DNA of 33,939 nucleotides from Eubacteriales bacterium (lineage in GTDB: Bacteria > Bacillota > Clostridia > Oscillospirales > UMGS1783): assembly GCA_045591385.1 (NCBI GenBank), contig JAZNSU010000100.1:1-33939 (forward strand), in the 5' to 3' direction. The notes beneath the pieces were generated by a model, which did not search any database, was not told the DNA's origin, and worked only from the letters and a program-made list of their open reading frames with translations. The translations under genes and the position numbers were made by a program. Shown in pieces: positions 7,556 to 17,003 of the stretch. Numbering within the stretch: the stretch's first letter is position 1; each line of letters opens with the position of its first letter.

Positions 7556-8592
7556 TTCGCCAGTTCCTCTTGAATGTAAGCGAGTGACGCAATTTTTTCC
7601 TTCGTTTGTTCGACCGTGAGAAGTTGCGTGTTATTCGAATTGAACTCCGTAAGGGTGTTGCGCTCGGTATCGCCATCTTTGAAGTACTTATCGTAGTTGA
7701 GTCCACGCTTGTCCGCCGGCACACGATAGAAGTTACCCATATCAATGGCGTTAGCACACTCCTCATTGGTGAGCAAGGTTTCATACATCTTCTCGCCGTG
7801 ACGAATGCCAATTACCTTGATTTCTGCCGTCTTTTCCTTGTCAAATAACTCAATTATTGCTTTCGCTTGCGTTTCAATGGTGCACGCAGGAGCTTTTTGA
7901 ACAAGAATATCACCGCTCTCTCCGTGTTCAAAGGCAAACAATACAAGGTCAACCGCCTCGTCAAGGGACATGATAAATCTCGTCATGGTCGGATCGGTAA
8001 TGGTAATCGGTTTCCCTGCGCGGATCTGCTCAATCCACAGCGGAATAACCGAACCACGGGAACACATAACATTACCATATCGCGTACAGCAAATCTTTGT
8101 CTTAGCCGGATCAACGGTGCGGGACTTTGCCACGATCACCTTTTCCATCATTGCCTTAGAAGTTCCCATAGCATTGACAGGATACGCCGCCTTATCCGTA
8201 GAAAGGCATACCACATTCTTAACGCCGGCATCAATGGCCGCCGTTAAGACATTATCGGTACCTATCACATTGGTACGCACCGCCTCCATCGGGAAAAACT
8301 CGCAAGAAGGCACCTGCTTAAGGGCCGCGGCGTGGAATATGTAGTCCACACCTACCATAGCCGGACGGATAGAATCGATATTTCGAACATCGCCAATATA
8401 GAACTTGATTTTCTCTGCATATTCAGGATATTTCGCCTGATACTCATGGCGCATATCGTCCTGCTTTTTCTCATCGCGAGAGAAGATGCGGATCTCGCCG
8501 ATATCCGTCTTCAAAAAGCGATTGAGCACCGCGTTGCCAAAACTGCCGGTACCACCGGTAATGAGCAAAGTTTTTTTAGCAAATAGACTCAT
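7552..8592 (-). CDS. fnlA: UDP-GlcNAc 4,6-dehydratase/5-epimerase, FnlA/Cap5E type
   Basis: LLITGGTGSFGNAVLNRFL, IRIFSRDEKKQDDMR, HAAALKQVPSCEFFPMEAV, LSTDKAAYPVNAMGTSKAMMEK and TRYGNVMCSRGSVIPL match Cap5E. ATGA overlap with the wzx stop. Confidence 0.92.
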   Translation of the reverse strand: MSLFAKKTLLITGGTGSFGNAVLNRFLKTDIGEIRIFSRDEKKQDDMRHEYQAKYPEYAEKIKFYIGDVRNIDSIRPAMVGVDYIFHAAALKQVPSCEFFPMEAVRTNVIGTDNVLTAAIDAGVKNVVCLSTDKAAYPVNAMGTSKAMMEKVIVAKSRTVDPAKTKICCTRYGNVMCSRGSVIPLWIEQIRAGKPITITDPTMTRFIMSLDEAVDLVLFAFEHGESGDILVQKAPACTIETQAKAIIELFDKEKTAEIKVIGIRHGEKMYETLLTNEECANAIDMGNFYRVPADKRGLNYDKYFKDGDTERNTLTEFNSNNTQLLTVEQTKEKIASLAYIQEELAK

Positions 8593-9956
8593 AATAAACC
8601 TTCCTTTTTGATTGATAATTTACTTTTTAATTGTTTTATAAATGTTTGGTTGGAAAAATGTTGTGCTATACAAAGAAGCAACAAAGGTATTACCACCGCC
8701 AACATTACCGCAATCCATGACATTCCCAATTTTGAAAACGTCAAAATTAACGGTATTTTAACTATTGCAGCCAACCCGTAGAAGATCAACTGAGTTTTCA
8801 ACCTTCCTGCACCGTTGGCGACCGTAGTCAGCAAAATGCTGACTACATACGTTGCCGTATAAATTGCAAACACCAAAGCGTATATATAATTCACCTTTAT
8901 TGTGTTTTCCCTAAGCCACAGATTAAAACCCGTTTGTAATAGGGGTATAATCAAGAATATCAAGCAGGTTGCCGCGCAGCCGCATATCATAAGAAGTCGA
9001 TATATTTTTTTAAGGTTTATAATATCCTTTTTTACAATATACTGTGTTATCTTAGACCAAACCGGCGTAACTGCCAATATAAATACTGAAGATGCCATAT
9101 TAAACACTTTGTGGTAAATACTGTATTCAACCACCTCTGAGCTTCCAAAAAAGCTTGTTATCATTAATTCGTTAGTTGAAATAACAAACAATATCATCAA
9201 CTGAATTGCGAAAAATCCCAAACCAAGTGTCAGCAAATCCTTGACCTTTTCTTTTTTGAAGTTCGGTCTGTGAGGTCTTATCTTTTTCCCGATATTTGTG
9301 GAGAAAACTACAATTGTCGTCACCAAAAGCGGTAGAGTTATTGCAATCGCATGAACTATCGTCAAAATAAGAAATGCCTCGCTTTGATTAGCGTTGTTGT
9401 AAAACAGTATGAACAAAAGCATCGTAATTGAAGACACAAGGGTTGAAAAGCTTGTTACTGCCGCTTTTTGAAATGCAAAAAGCACCGCATTTATTGTTTT
9501 CAGCGAAAAACACCCTACTATGCCAATTGCCAAAATAGCAACCGCTTTTTTTAATTCATTTGGAGATATAAACTCAGATGAAACATCTAGCATTTTGTTT
9601 ATATCAACAAAAGTAATGCCAATCAAAGCAACGACAACTATTATACTGCCTATAATGCCTATTATAGTATAAGAAGTTTCAATATAGCTTCTGGTTTCAT
9701 CATATTGCTTTTGCTCAATTGATTTTACCAGCTTGTTCCTCAGACTATTTCCCATTCCAAAATCGAATATATATATCCAATTTACTATGGAAAGCAACGT
9801 ATACCATGCCCCTAAAACACTGTCATCTTGAAAGTATTTAAGGTATAAAGGCATCGAAAAGAAGGAAACACAGAGGGATATTGCCTTAATTATAAATATT
9901 CCTATTACGTTTTTTGAAACGTCGTTATTTTTCATCTTTTTTAAAAGCTGTCTCAC
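8589..9956 (-). CDS. wzx: Wzx-type oligosaccharide flippase (MOP superfamily)
   Basis: 455 aa with roughly 12-14 hydrophobic helices. The N-terminus (IIKAISLCVSFFSMPLYLKYF...LGAWYTLLSI...FDFGMGNSLRNKL) is typical of polysaccharide-biosynthesis flippases. Sits next to wzy in the locus. Confidence 0.8.
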   Translation of the reverse strand: MRQLLKKMKNNDVSKNVIGIFIIKAISLCVSFFSMPLYLKYFQDDSVLGAWYTLLSIVNWIYIFDFGMGNSLRNKLVKSIEQKQYDETRSYIETSYTIIGIIGSIIVVVALIGITFVDINKMLDVSSEFISPNELKKAVAILAIGIVGCFSLKTINAVLFAFQKAAVTSFSTLVSSITMLLFILFYNNANQSEAFLILTIVHAIAITLPLLVTTIVVFSTNIGKKIRPHRPNFKKEKVKDLLTLGLGFFAIQLMILFVISTNELMITSFFGSSEVVEYSIYHKVFNMASSVFILAVTPVWSKITQYIVKKDIINLKKIYRLLMICGCAATCLIFLIIPLLQTGFNLWLRENTIKVNYIYALVFAIYTATYVVSILLTTVANGAGRLKTQLIFYGLAAIVKIPLILTFSKLGMSWIAVMLAVVIPLLLLCIAQHFSNQTFIKQLKSKLSIKKEGLL

Positions 9957-11152
9957 ATCACGTCCTCTCCTTTATTTGGTTTCAATTCAGCAAATACGTT
10001 ATTACTGGATAACAATATGAACACAAGCACCCAATTCATCATATAGTCGTACTGACCTTCCTTATTTATGATGATAAAAAATATAATTGCAACAAGCAGT
10101 TTCTCAATAAAAGTCAGACCTCTCTGCCTAAAAATGCCATAAAATATCGCCAAAGTATATGTTATGCCAAGTATTCCAAAAGAACTTAACAGATAGAACG
10201 ATCCGGCTGTGTTCGAAACATTAATTGTATTGGCAATAACATATGATTGCCCAAACCCGAAAAATGGACTTTGCCAAAACAGCTCCATGTTCTGTTCAAT
10301 AGCGAGAAGTCTGCTTGAGGTCAAAAGGGCATCGGAGTTCAATTCAGCCAAAAACTCATTGCTAGATATCATATTTTCTATAAAGCCACTCATAAACAGT
10401 ACAGCAGCTATAATAACGAAGGTGATCGGAGCAACAAAAGCAAGCTTGCTTTTGGATCTTCTTGAAATATTAAAGCTCAACAGAGCCAAAGCAAGTAAAA
10501 ATAAAACATATCCCGCCGCAGAAACAGTGGTCAATATTGTTAGTATTATGATCATATTGCATAAAACTTTATGACGTATTCCCGAAATATAATTCAGCAA
10601 TACAAATGCCAAAATAAGCCAGGAAGCATATACACCGGGCTCCCAAAAGGGTCCGCAGTTTCTGATAGGCTCGTTGGTAATAAAATTATATATATATCCA
10701 ACACTAAATGTCACACCATTCGAGTTTGTCTCTTGGGGAAGCCACGTCATCGGCGAAATATAGTTGTTTATACAATGACATATCAGGGATGCAGCCGCGA
10801 CAAGCACTATAATTTTCACAAAAAAAGTAATAATTTCCGCGTTAGAGAATTTATGGGTTATGTAATATGCCCCTAAGCAACAAAGCAAGAGGTTAGCATT
10901 TTCAAAGAAACCTCCCATGCCTCTGAATAATATCGAAAACATAACAAGCATCATCCACACTAAAAGGTGTATGTCTTCTATTAACAGTTTTCTTGATAAG
11001 AGCTTTAAAAATGCAAAAAATATTAGTGGCACAACAAGCCAGCGCAACACCAAAAAACCACCCGATAGTGTAAAGAAAAGACTTCCGCTAAACAAATAGC
11101 AAAATATTGTCAAGCATACCGCCCATATATATTTTTTTTTCAATTTAATCAT
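9953..11152 (-). CDS. wzy: Wzy-type repeat-unit polymerase / O-antigen-ligase-like membrane protein
   Basis: 399 aa, highly hydrophobic with more than 10 TM segments and one larger loop. The position between wzx and the transferases is typical. Called mainly on context and topology. Confidence 0.65.
   Translation of the reverse strand: MIKLKKKYIWAVCLTIFCYLFSGSLFFTLSGGFLVLRWLVVPLIFFAFLKLLSRKLLIEDIHLLVWMMLVMFSILFRGMGGFFENANLLLCCLGAYYITHKFSNAEIITFFVKIIVLVAAASLICHCINNYISPMTWLPQETNSNGVTFSVGYIYNFITNEPIRNCGPFWEPGVYASWLILAFVLLNYISGIRHKVLCNMIIILTILTTVSAAGYVLFLLALALLSFNISRRSKSKLAFVAPITFVIIAAVLFMSGFIENMISSNEFLAELNSDALLTSSRLLAIEQNMELFWQSPFFGFGQSYVIANTINVSNTAGSFYLLSSFGILGITYTLAIFYGIFRQRGLTFIEKLLVAIIFFIIINKEGQYDYMMNWVLVFILLSSNNVFAELKPNKGEDVM
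11132..11140 (-). repeat. A9 homopolymer in codons 5-7 of wzy
   Basis: The gene reads ATG ATT AAA TTG AAA AAA AAA TAT (T9 on plus, 11132-11140). Confidence 0.9.
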
Positions 11153-11205
11153 CTGATCACCTTATTGAAAAAGCTAAGATATCTGTATATTCACAAGCTT
11201 TATTA

Positions 11206-11871
11206 TTAAGCTTCATTTAGTACCTTGCTCACATCAGAAAAATTTTCACCGTGAGATTTCAACCACTCTTCGTTCTTATTCCACCACTGTAAATCAAGTA
11301 ATTTCCTTATAGTATCATCATCGAACCTATTTCGAATTACTCGTGCAGGAACACCACCTACAATTGCATAAGGAGGCACATCTTTAGTAACAACCGCACC
11401 TGCCGCTATGACAGCTCCGTGACCTATGTGAACACCGCCAAGAATAACTGTATTTGAACCAATCCATACGTCATGACCTATATCAATCATAAAATTGTGG
11501 TTTTTATCTGTATAGGAATACTCATTAAACATAACTTCGGATGAAATCAAATTATACTTTTTAGAATAAAATGCAGGATGGGTACTGGCCCAGTCTAACG
11601 GATGTACCCCCAAAGCGCAGCTCACCTTATCACCTATAGAACAAAATCGTCCAACATTTGCATATGATAACTGTGAGTCAGCCCCCACATAACTATATCT
11701 ACCTATATGGCAATGTCTAACTTGACTCAATGGTCCAATTGAGTTGTTTCCGGATTCTTCAAACTGTGTATCTATTACAATAGCTTTTCTTCCAATTGAT
11801 ATATGCTTTTTTTTGATGTCCGTGTTTAATATATATTTTCTTTTAACATGGCTAATAATTCTTCTTATCAT
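11206..11871 (-). CDS. Hexapeptide-repeat acetyltransferase, xenobiotic (Vat/CatB)-like
   Basis: Left-handed beta-helix repeats ([74 protein letters not shown]) plus the XAT-type segment [17 protein letters not shown] overlap with the upstream gene. Confidence 0.8.
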   Translation of the reverse strand: MIRRIISHVKRKYILNTDIKKKHISIGRKAIVIDTQFEESGNNSIGPLSQVRHCHIGRYSYVGADSQLSYANVGRFCSIGDKVSCALGVHPLDWASTHPAFYSKKYNLISSEVMFNEYSYTDKNHNFMIDIGHDVWIGSNTVILGGVHIGHGAVIAAGAVVTKDVPPYAIVGGVPARVIRNRFDDDTIRKLLDLQWWNKNEEWLKSHGENFSDVSKVLNEA

Positions 11872-12875
11872 TGCTGTCCCCGTTTTTTGAATATATCACG
11901 TAAATGTTCACCTTTTTTTAAACCAAGTAATTTTCTTATTGCTTTTAAGATGGATATTTTTAAGCGTATATTAAGCGGAACAAGTAAGATATTTGAAACT
12001 ATTCGCTCATATTTTTTGTCCACTCGAACAATTTGGGGATGGTTCAACGGAAAATTAAGCAAATATGAATCCATACCGCACAATCTTTGTGTCATCACGC
12101 TCGAAAAAGAGGCGCCGCCGTGTATAGATTCGGAATCGACTCCTATATTTTTAATCTGGTTATTACACGGAGATATACCCAGAAGATCATACTTCCTTAT
12201 AGTATATGCCATTTGATAATCCCATGAAATAAAGCGCTTCTCCTCGGCTTTTCTTTCCCTCTCCATGCAGAAATTATTGAAGTCCTGTTTTGCCAAAGCC
12301 TTGTTGCGATAAGCCTTACGCAATGATTTTCTGTCCGTTTCAGGATTGAAGGTTTCGAGCTGTCCATCGTAGTATTTCAAAAATTTATGTGACCAAGAAG
12401 CCCATCCACATGGCAACAAGTTTTGAGTGAACATATAGCTATAGGATGTATTATACTTGCCTAGATAGTTGGTTCCACATATCCACAGAACCTTTTCATT
12501 GTCCTTATATTTTTCAAGCAACTCTCGGCAATAGTCGAAGAATGTAAGCTCAGGCATATTATCGTCTTCTAAGAATATTGCGCTCTCTTCCTGAGCCAGC
12601 ACCCACTTGGCTCCCTCTCCGATATTCTGATATACGCCTCTATTGGATTGTGCATAGTTTTTTACAACTTCGCAGTCCCAATCTATTGCCTGTTCAACAG
12701 CGTCCCTGGTTCTTTTTACTGCCACTGCTTCTTGTTCATTTCTAGCTCCGTCAGCTATGAGATACAATTTGGCTGGACGAACTTCTCCGATACGTTTTAC
12801 TATTTCAACTGTCTTGTGTTCTCTTTTAAACATAAACAGCGCAACTGGTATATCAAACTGATTAACCCCTGGCAT
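11868..12875 (-). CDS. Putative GT-A-fold glycosyltransferase (HlpA/GNT-I-like)
   Basis: Rossmann-like N-terminus [23 protein letters not shown]...[11 protein letters not shown] and an acidic motif FLEDDNMP. Start placed at ATG 12875 (MPGVNQF), preceded by AGGAGA. The ORF-track start 12893 has no SD. Confidence 0.55.
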   Translation of the reverse strand: MPGVNQFDIPVALFMFKREHKTVEIVKRIGEVRPAKLYLIADGARNEQEAVAVKRTRDAVEQAIDWDCEVVKNYAQSNRGVYQNIGEGAKWVLAQEESAIFLEDDNMPELTFFDYCRELLEKYKDNEKVLWICGTNYLGKYNTSYSYMFTQNLLPCGWASWSHKFLKYYDGQLETFNPETDRKSLRKAYRNKALAKQDFNNFCMERERKAEEKRFISWDYQMAYTIRKYDLLGISPCNNQIKNIGVDSESIHGGASFSSVMTQRLCGMDSYLLNFPLNHPQIVRVDKKYERIVSNILLVPLNIRLKISILKAIRKLLGLKKGEHLRDIFKKRGQQ

Positions 12876-12885
12876 ATCTATTCTC

Positions 12886-14001
12886 CTATACATTTTGCTT
12901 TAACCAATTCTTAAATTCACTATCCAAGCGCTTTATAAGCTCGTTATATTCAATATTGCTCGCTTTAGCTGATTTTTCAATAGCATGTGCTATTGAACTC
13001 GGTTCGTTTTCATCATAATACGTCCAACCCTTTGCTATCTCGGCTTTTTCAAAATTCTCCGACCGTCCGATGACAACCTTCAACCCGTGGCAAACATAGG
13101 TGGTCAGTTTTGACGGAAAAACACAATTTGAAAAAGGAAGCCTAATAATATAGGTAGACAGACCTATTTCACAAGAAAACAAGAGGTCAGAAAGTTCTTT
13201 GCCGTCAAGTTTTCCGTGATAGGCAATTTGGCAACCGCCAAGGCGATTATTTTCTTCAATCATGTCCTTAAGTTTGGCAATTGATTGCTCAGTGCCAAAA
13301 CCGGCAATATGCATTTCATAGGTGGATGGCAGATAGCGAGCCGCCTCCACCGCCGTATATGCTCCGATCTTTGATTGTTCTATTGTGCCGGCATATACCA
13401 CCCGCACCTTATCGTGAGGAACGATATCTGGTTTTTCTTGTGCAATATATGCACCATAGCAGACCGTATAGTTTTGAGATATCCCTAAAAAATCGGGCAG
13501 AACGTTATTAACAAAAATGTGTTTCGGGAACTTCTTTATATCCTCGATTTCTTTATGAACGTTGGGATTGTCAAACGATGCGCCATATCCATACAACTCT
13601 TCGACCTCTAAAATCCAGTTGATGTTTTTCTTTTTAAGATGCTTCGTAAGTCGTCGTGTAAGATTTACTGAATGGTAAACTACAACCGTATCGTTGTCCT
13701 TCACCCGAGTTTTGATATATCTAGTGATTTCTCTATTGAATTGTAACTTATCAATCACTTTTTCAAACAAACCACCAAACGATGTTACTCTGTACGTAAG
13801 ATTATAGCCTTCATCAGTAACTAGGCTTTTAGCGGGAAGTCTTCCTTTGCTCTTTTTTCTGCAAACCGAAAAGACAGACAGATCTTCTCCTGTACTTTTT
13901 AGTGAAGCCGCTACGTACTGCATCTTTTTTAGTCCCGGCACGTTGTATGAATAGTCGTTTTCATTATATTTATCTACATAGTATCCTATATAATGTATCA
14001 T
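12886..14001 (-). CDS. Putative GT-B-fold glycosyltransferase
   Basis: 371 aa. The C-terminal half (VVYAGTIEQSKIG...MHIAGFGTEQSIAKLKDMI...YHGKLDGKELSDLL...PSKLTTYVCHGLKVV) has the GT1/GT4-like layout. The N-terminal half is divergent. Confidence 0.5.
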   Translation of the reverse strand: MIHYIGYYVDKYNENDYSYNVPGLKKMQYVAASLKSTGEDLSVFSVCRKKSKGRLPAKSLVTDEGYNLTYRVTSFGGLFEKVIDKLQFNREITRYIKTRVKDNDTVVVYHSVNLTRRLTKHLKKKNINWILEVEELYGYGASFDNPNVHKEIEDIKKFPKHIFVNNVLPDFLGISQNYTVCYGAYIAQEKPDIVPHDKVRVVYAGTIEQSKIGAYTAVEAARYLPSTYEMHIAGFGTEQSIAKLKDMIEENNRLGGCQIAYHGKLDGKELSDLLFSCEIGLSTYIIRLPFSNCVFPSKLTTYVCHGLKVVIGRSENFEKAEIAKGWTYYDENEPSSIAHAIEKSAKASNIEYNELIKRLDSEFKNWLKQNV

Positions 14002-14002
14002 T

Positions 14003-15190
14003 TCATCTTCCTCTTTGATTTAAGGATCCTGCTAAATGAAGTTTCTGAAGCAGTGCCCATAACCTATATTTATAAGCGTTCTTAGGCAATATGCCGTTCT
14101 TACCCGCGGTTTTGAAGCCCTTTGAGAATACCTCTGCATAGACAGTACTTCTATGGGGATTTCTTTCGGGTGGGGAGATAAAGTTTACGTTTTGATAGGT
14201 CGCATCCTTTATATCAACTTCAGCTATTTCAACGTTATCAACAATGCCCTGAAGCAAAGCTTTCCCTCTTTCGCTATTGACAAATATCAAAGAAGTTCCG
14301 TCGGCGCAAAACAGCTCGGGGCGAACCTTATCGACTCCCCAAAAATCCGCGAGTGTTATATCGCCCTCCCGCTCGATAGTAGTATACGGACACGCATAAC
14401 AGGATTCTCTCTGAGTCATATTTCTCAAGAATCCCGAAAAATACTCAGAAAGGTGACGGTCAAGATAATAGGTGTTTTCCTTGCCCTTTTTTTCAATTTT
14501 ATAGCGCTGTGTGATAGACCAACCATTTTTTTCTTTATCTCTGAAAGCTATCTCGGTTAATCTTCCGCCGTGCTTTTTCTCAAGATATTTGATATATTCA
14601 TCAAACAGCTTTTGGCTTGGAACGCCGTGGCAGAGCACATCGAGTGTATAAAGATTTGGCGTTTTATACAGTCTTTTTATTGCCGAAACCTGACATGGTG
14701 TACCCGAAAAAAGCAGTTTTCTCCCGGAGGAAAGAGCTTGCTCTATTTGAGGATAACAGCGTGCAAGGTCGCTCTGGACGTATTTTGACCCCTGAAGCAG
14801 AGGTATATCCTCAACCGAGTCGATAACGGTATGAAACACCTGGTGGTCGGCATCTATGGTAACTCCACAGACTGCTCCGCCCTGTGAGATAAAGAGATTT
14901 GCTATCTCAGAGAACAAACCGCCTGAAGAGCTATTCATAATATATCCTTTATTTTTAGTGTGAGCACCGTAAGCTTTTGGATAGGCTTCGGTTCGTACTA
15001 TCTCTCTGTCTTCAAAAGGGCAGACTGTGGCACATCTGTTGCAGTTTATGCAGGCAGACATATCTACTGTCGGGTAGGCAAAGCCTTCTTCGTCGGCCGT
15101 CAACCTTATGCAGTTTTTGGGGCAAGCGTGTGCACACGCTCCGCATCCGCAGCATTTTGATGTGTTATTAGTTTCTAAATACACATTCAT
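14003..15190 (-). CDS. Fe-S flavoprotein, coenzyme F420 hydrogenase/dehydrogenase beta-subunit (FrhB)-like
   Basis: Two ferredoxin-type Cys clusters (CCGCGACAHACP, CINCNRCATVCP) followed by an FrhB-type domain (SSSGGLFSEIA, FSGTPCQVSAIK, LDVLCHGVPS). SD GGAGG upstream. Confidence 0.75.
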   Translation of the reverse strand: MNVYLETNNTSKCCGCGACAHACPKNCIRLTADEEGFAYPTVDMSACINCNRCATVCPFEDREIVRTEAYPKAYGAHTKNKGYIMNSSSGGLFSEIANLFISQGGAVCGVTIDADHQVFHTVIDSVEDIPLLQGSKYVQSDLARCYPQIEQALSSGRKLLFSGTPCQVSAIKRLYKTPNLYTLDVLCHGVPSQKLFDEYIKYLEKKHGGRLTEIAFRDKEKNGWSITQRYKIEKKGKENTYYLDRHLSEYFSGFLRNMTQRESCYACPYTTIEREGDITLADFWGVDKVRPELFCADGTSLIFVNSERGKALLQGIVDNVEIAEVDIKDATYQNVNFISPPERNPHRSTVYAEVFSKGFKTAGKNGILPKNAYKYRLWALLQKLHLAGSLNQRGR

Positions 15191-15191
15191 C

Positions 15192-16343
15192 CTACGACCT
15201 CCTATCCAACGCGTTTTCCATGTATGACATCGACTTGTCGCGGCAGGAATACAGCCTTTCCTCTGCGTTAGCCGTATTCACGGGGACGATACTCTCCCTT
15301 GGGGAAGAACACATACACTCATGCAGTTGTGTGGTTTCGAGCAGGGTGTCGATACGTGAGGTTTGCTTCACCGCATCAGAGTGGTTCCTGCCAAAGACCT
15401 TCAGCGGTCGTCCAAACAGGACAGAGAATACGCTTCCGTGGAACGAATTGGTGAAAACACATTCCGCTTCATCTATGTATCGCAAGAACTCCCATGGACC
15501 CGCATGAACAAGCTGTGCACCGTTTGAAATCAGCTGTGTATTGCCGCTTGACAGCACCAACATTTTTAAATTATTTTCTCGGGAATACTTCGCTATTTGT
15601 TCAACTATGTCCGCTTCGGGTTCGTCGAAAAAATAGCACAGCGCGTATTTGCCATTTTCGTTATACGGTGTGTGCTCCTTATAAAGTGTTCTCCATTCGT
15701 CACCCGACAACAGCATGGTCGGGTCAAGAACAACGGGCGCATCTATACCAATCAACCCCTTTACAATCTCTGCGCCCTGATTCTCTCTGACGGAAATATC
15801 ATCAAACCCAAGAAGCATTTTCTTGACAAACGCCTTGTTGTAATCGGGAACAGCCGAAACTCCGAAAGACGGAGCATATGCGATTCGCTTTTTTCGAGGA
15901 GCAAAGTTCAGATATTTATATCCCGACAGATGCACAGACAGTGGCGACCATATCTGATCACTTCCGCAGATAACTGCTCCTAAACTCTCAGTACGGGCAG
16001 CTTTTGCAAGCGAGATTCTATCTATATTTGTGTTCGGCAGTTGCTCGGACAGGAACTCGTTAAACAGATTTGCGGTTTCGCTCGAAATACAGCTTTCGCT
16101 TCTATGCTTCAAACTGCGTATTTCCTTGTGCGTTTTCCTTGCGGTACTATACAACACGCACTTTACAACCGTGACAAAACCAACGTGCAGTTTATGCGCG
16201 ATTTTACAGACAGGATTTTTTTCTTTTACATTCAAAAAAACAACGTCGTGTCCAAGCCTATTGCATATCGTTTTCAAGGAATATGCTTGTAATGCAGAAC
16301 CATAATTTTTTATATTAAAGTATGTAACTACACCTATCTTCAT
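15192..16343 (-). CDS. Polysaccharide pyruvyl transferase family protein
   Basis: N-terminus MKIGVVTYFNIKNYGSALQAYSL and the central segment ICGSDQIWSP are characteristic of PS_pyruv_trans (CsaB/WcaK/EpsO type). ATGA overlap with the upstream P-loop gene. Confidence 0.8.
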   Translation of the reverse strand: MKIGVVTYFNIKNYGSALQAYSLKTICNRLGHDVVFLNVKEKNPVCKIAHKLHVGFVTVVKCVLYSTARKTHKEIRSLKHRSESCISSETANLFNEFLSEQLPNTNIDRISLAKAARTESLGAVICGSDQIWSPLSVHLSGYKYLNFAPRKKRIAYAPSFGVSAVPDYNKAFVKKMLLGFDDISVRENQGAEIVKGLIGIDAPVVLDPTMLLSGDEWRTLYKEHTPYNENGKYALCYFFDEPEADIVEQIAKYSRENNLKMLVLSSGNTQLISNGAQLVHAGPWEFLRYIDEAECVFTNSFHGSVFSVLFGRPLKVFGRNHSDAVKQTSRIDTLLETTQLHECMCSSPRESIVPVNTANAEERLYSCRDKSMSYMENALDRRS

Positions 16344-17002
16344 ATGTTTCCCTTTTCCTTTAACGCATCAAAAACCTTTTTTGCCGCCTCTATACTCTGA
16401 CAGTCTTCGTTGTTTGATACGGGTATTAAATACTGCTTTCCATACTTGGATTGCCAACAATCACGCAAAATTTCCGCAGTATTTATCGAATCGCCAATGG
16501 CGGCGGAGGTGTCGTCACTATTTAAGTAAAACGGTTTGTCCTCGCGCAGCTCCATGCGCTTAGTAAGCACCGATTTGGCTATTGAAACAAACACCAAAAT
16601 TCTATCTGTTTGCTTCGGCAATATCTCATCAAACAGACTTCTAATTGTTTCTTCATCAGCTTTTCTGTTGTCAAACAAAGAACCGATACACTGGCACAAG
16701 CCCTGTTCAAAAATCAAAACATCGCCATTTGCTGACGTGCCAAGTATATCCAAATAGTTTACCCAGCATCTCTTGCTGCCGAGCTTTTTAAAGAGGCGAT
16801 AGCTTGTGCGTGGATGAAGGACGCACATTTTTATGGTTTTTAGGATTTTAGATATAATTCTCTTGTAGCTATTCTTCAAATGAGAAAGCTCATATTGTTC
16901 TTCACACACGCTTTTCCCGAATTCTTTTATCAACAATGCAAGTTCGTGTGAAATCTGTGACTTTCCCGAACAAGGCGCACCTAAAAACTCAATAATTACC
17001 AT
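16340..17002 (-). CDS. Orphan P-loop NTPase (kinase-like), function unknown
   Basis: Walker A FLGAPCSGKSQIS at residues 6-18, a Walker-B-like DVLIFEQG and a possible lid LTKRMELRED. I recognise no other family signature. Confidence 0.55.
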   Translation of the reverse strand: MVIIEFLGAPCSGKSQISHELALLIKEFGKSVCEEQYELSHLKNSYKRIISKILKTIKMCVLHPRTSYRLFKKLGSKRCWVNYLDILGTSANGDVLIFEQGLCQCIGSLFDNRKADEETIRSLFDEILPKQTDRILVFVSIAKSVLTKRMELREDKPFYLNSDDTSAAIGDSINTAEILRDCWQSKYGKQYLIPVSNNEDCQSIEAAKKVFDALKEKGNI

Positions 17003-17003
17003 T

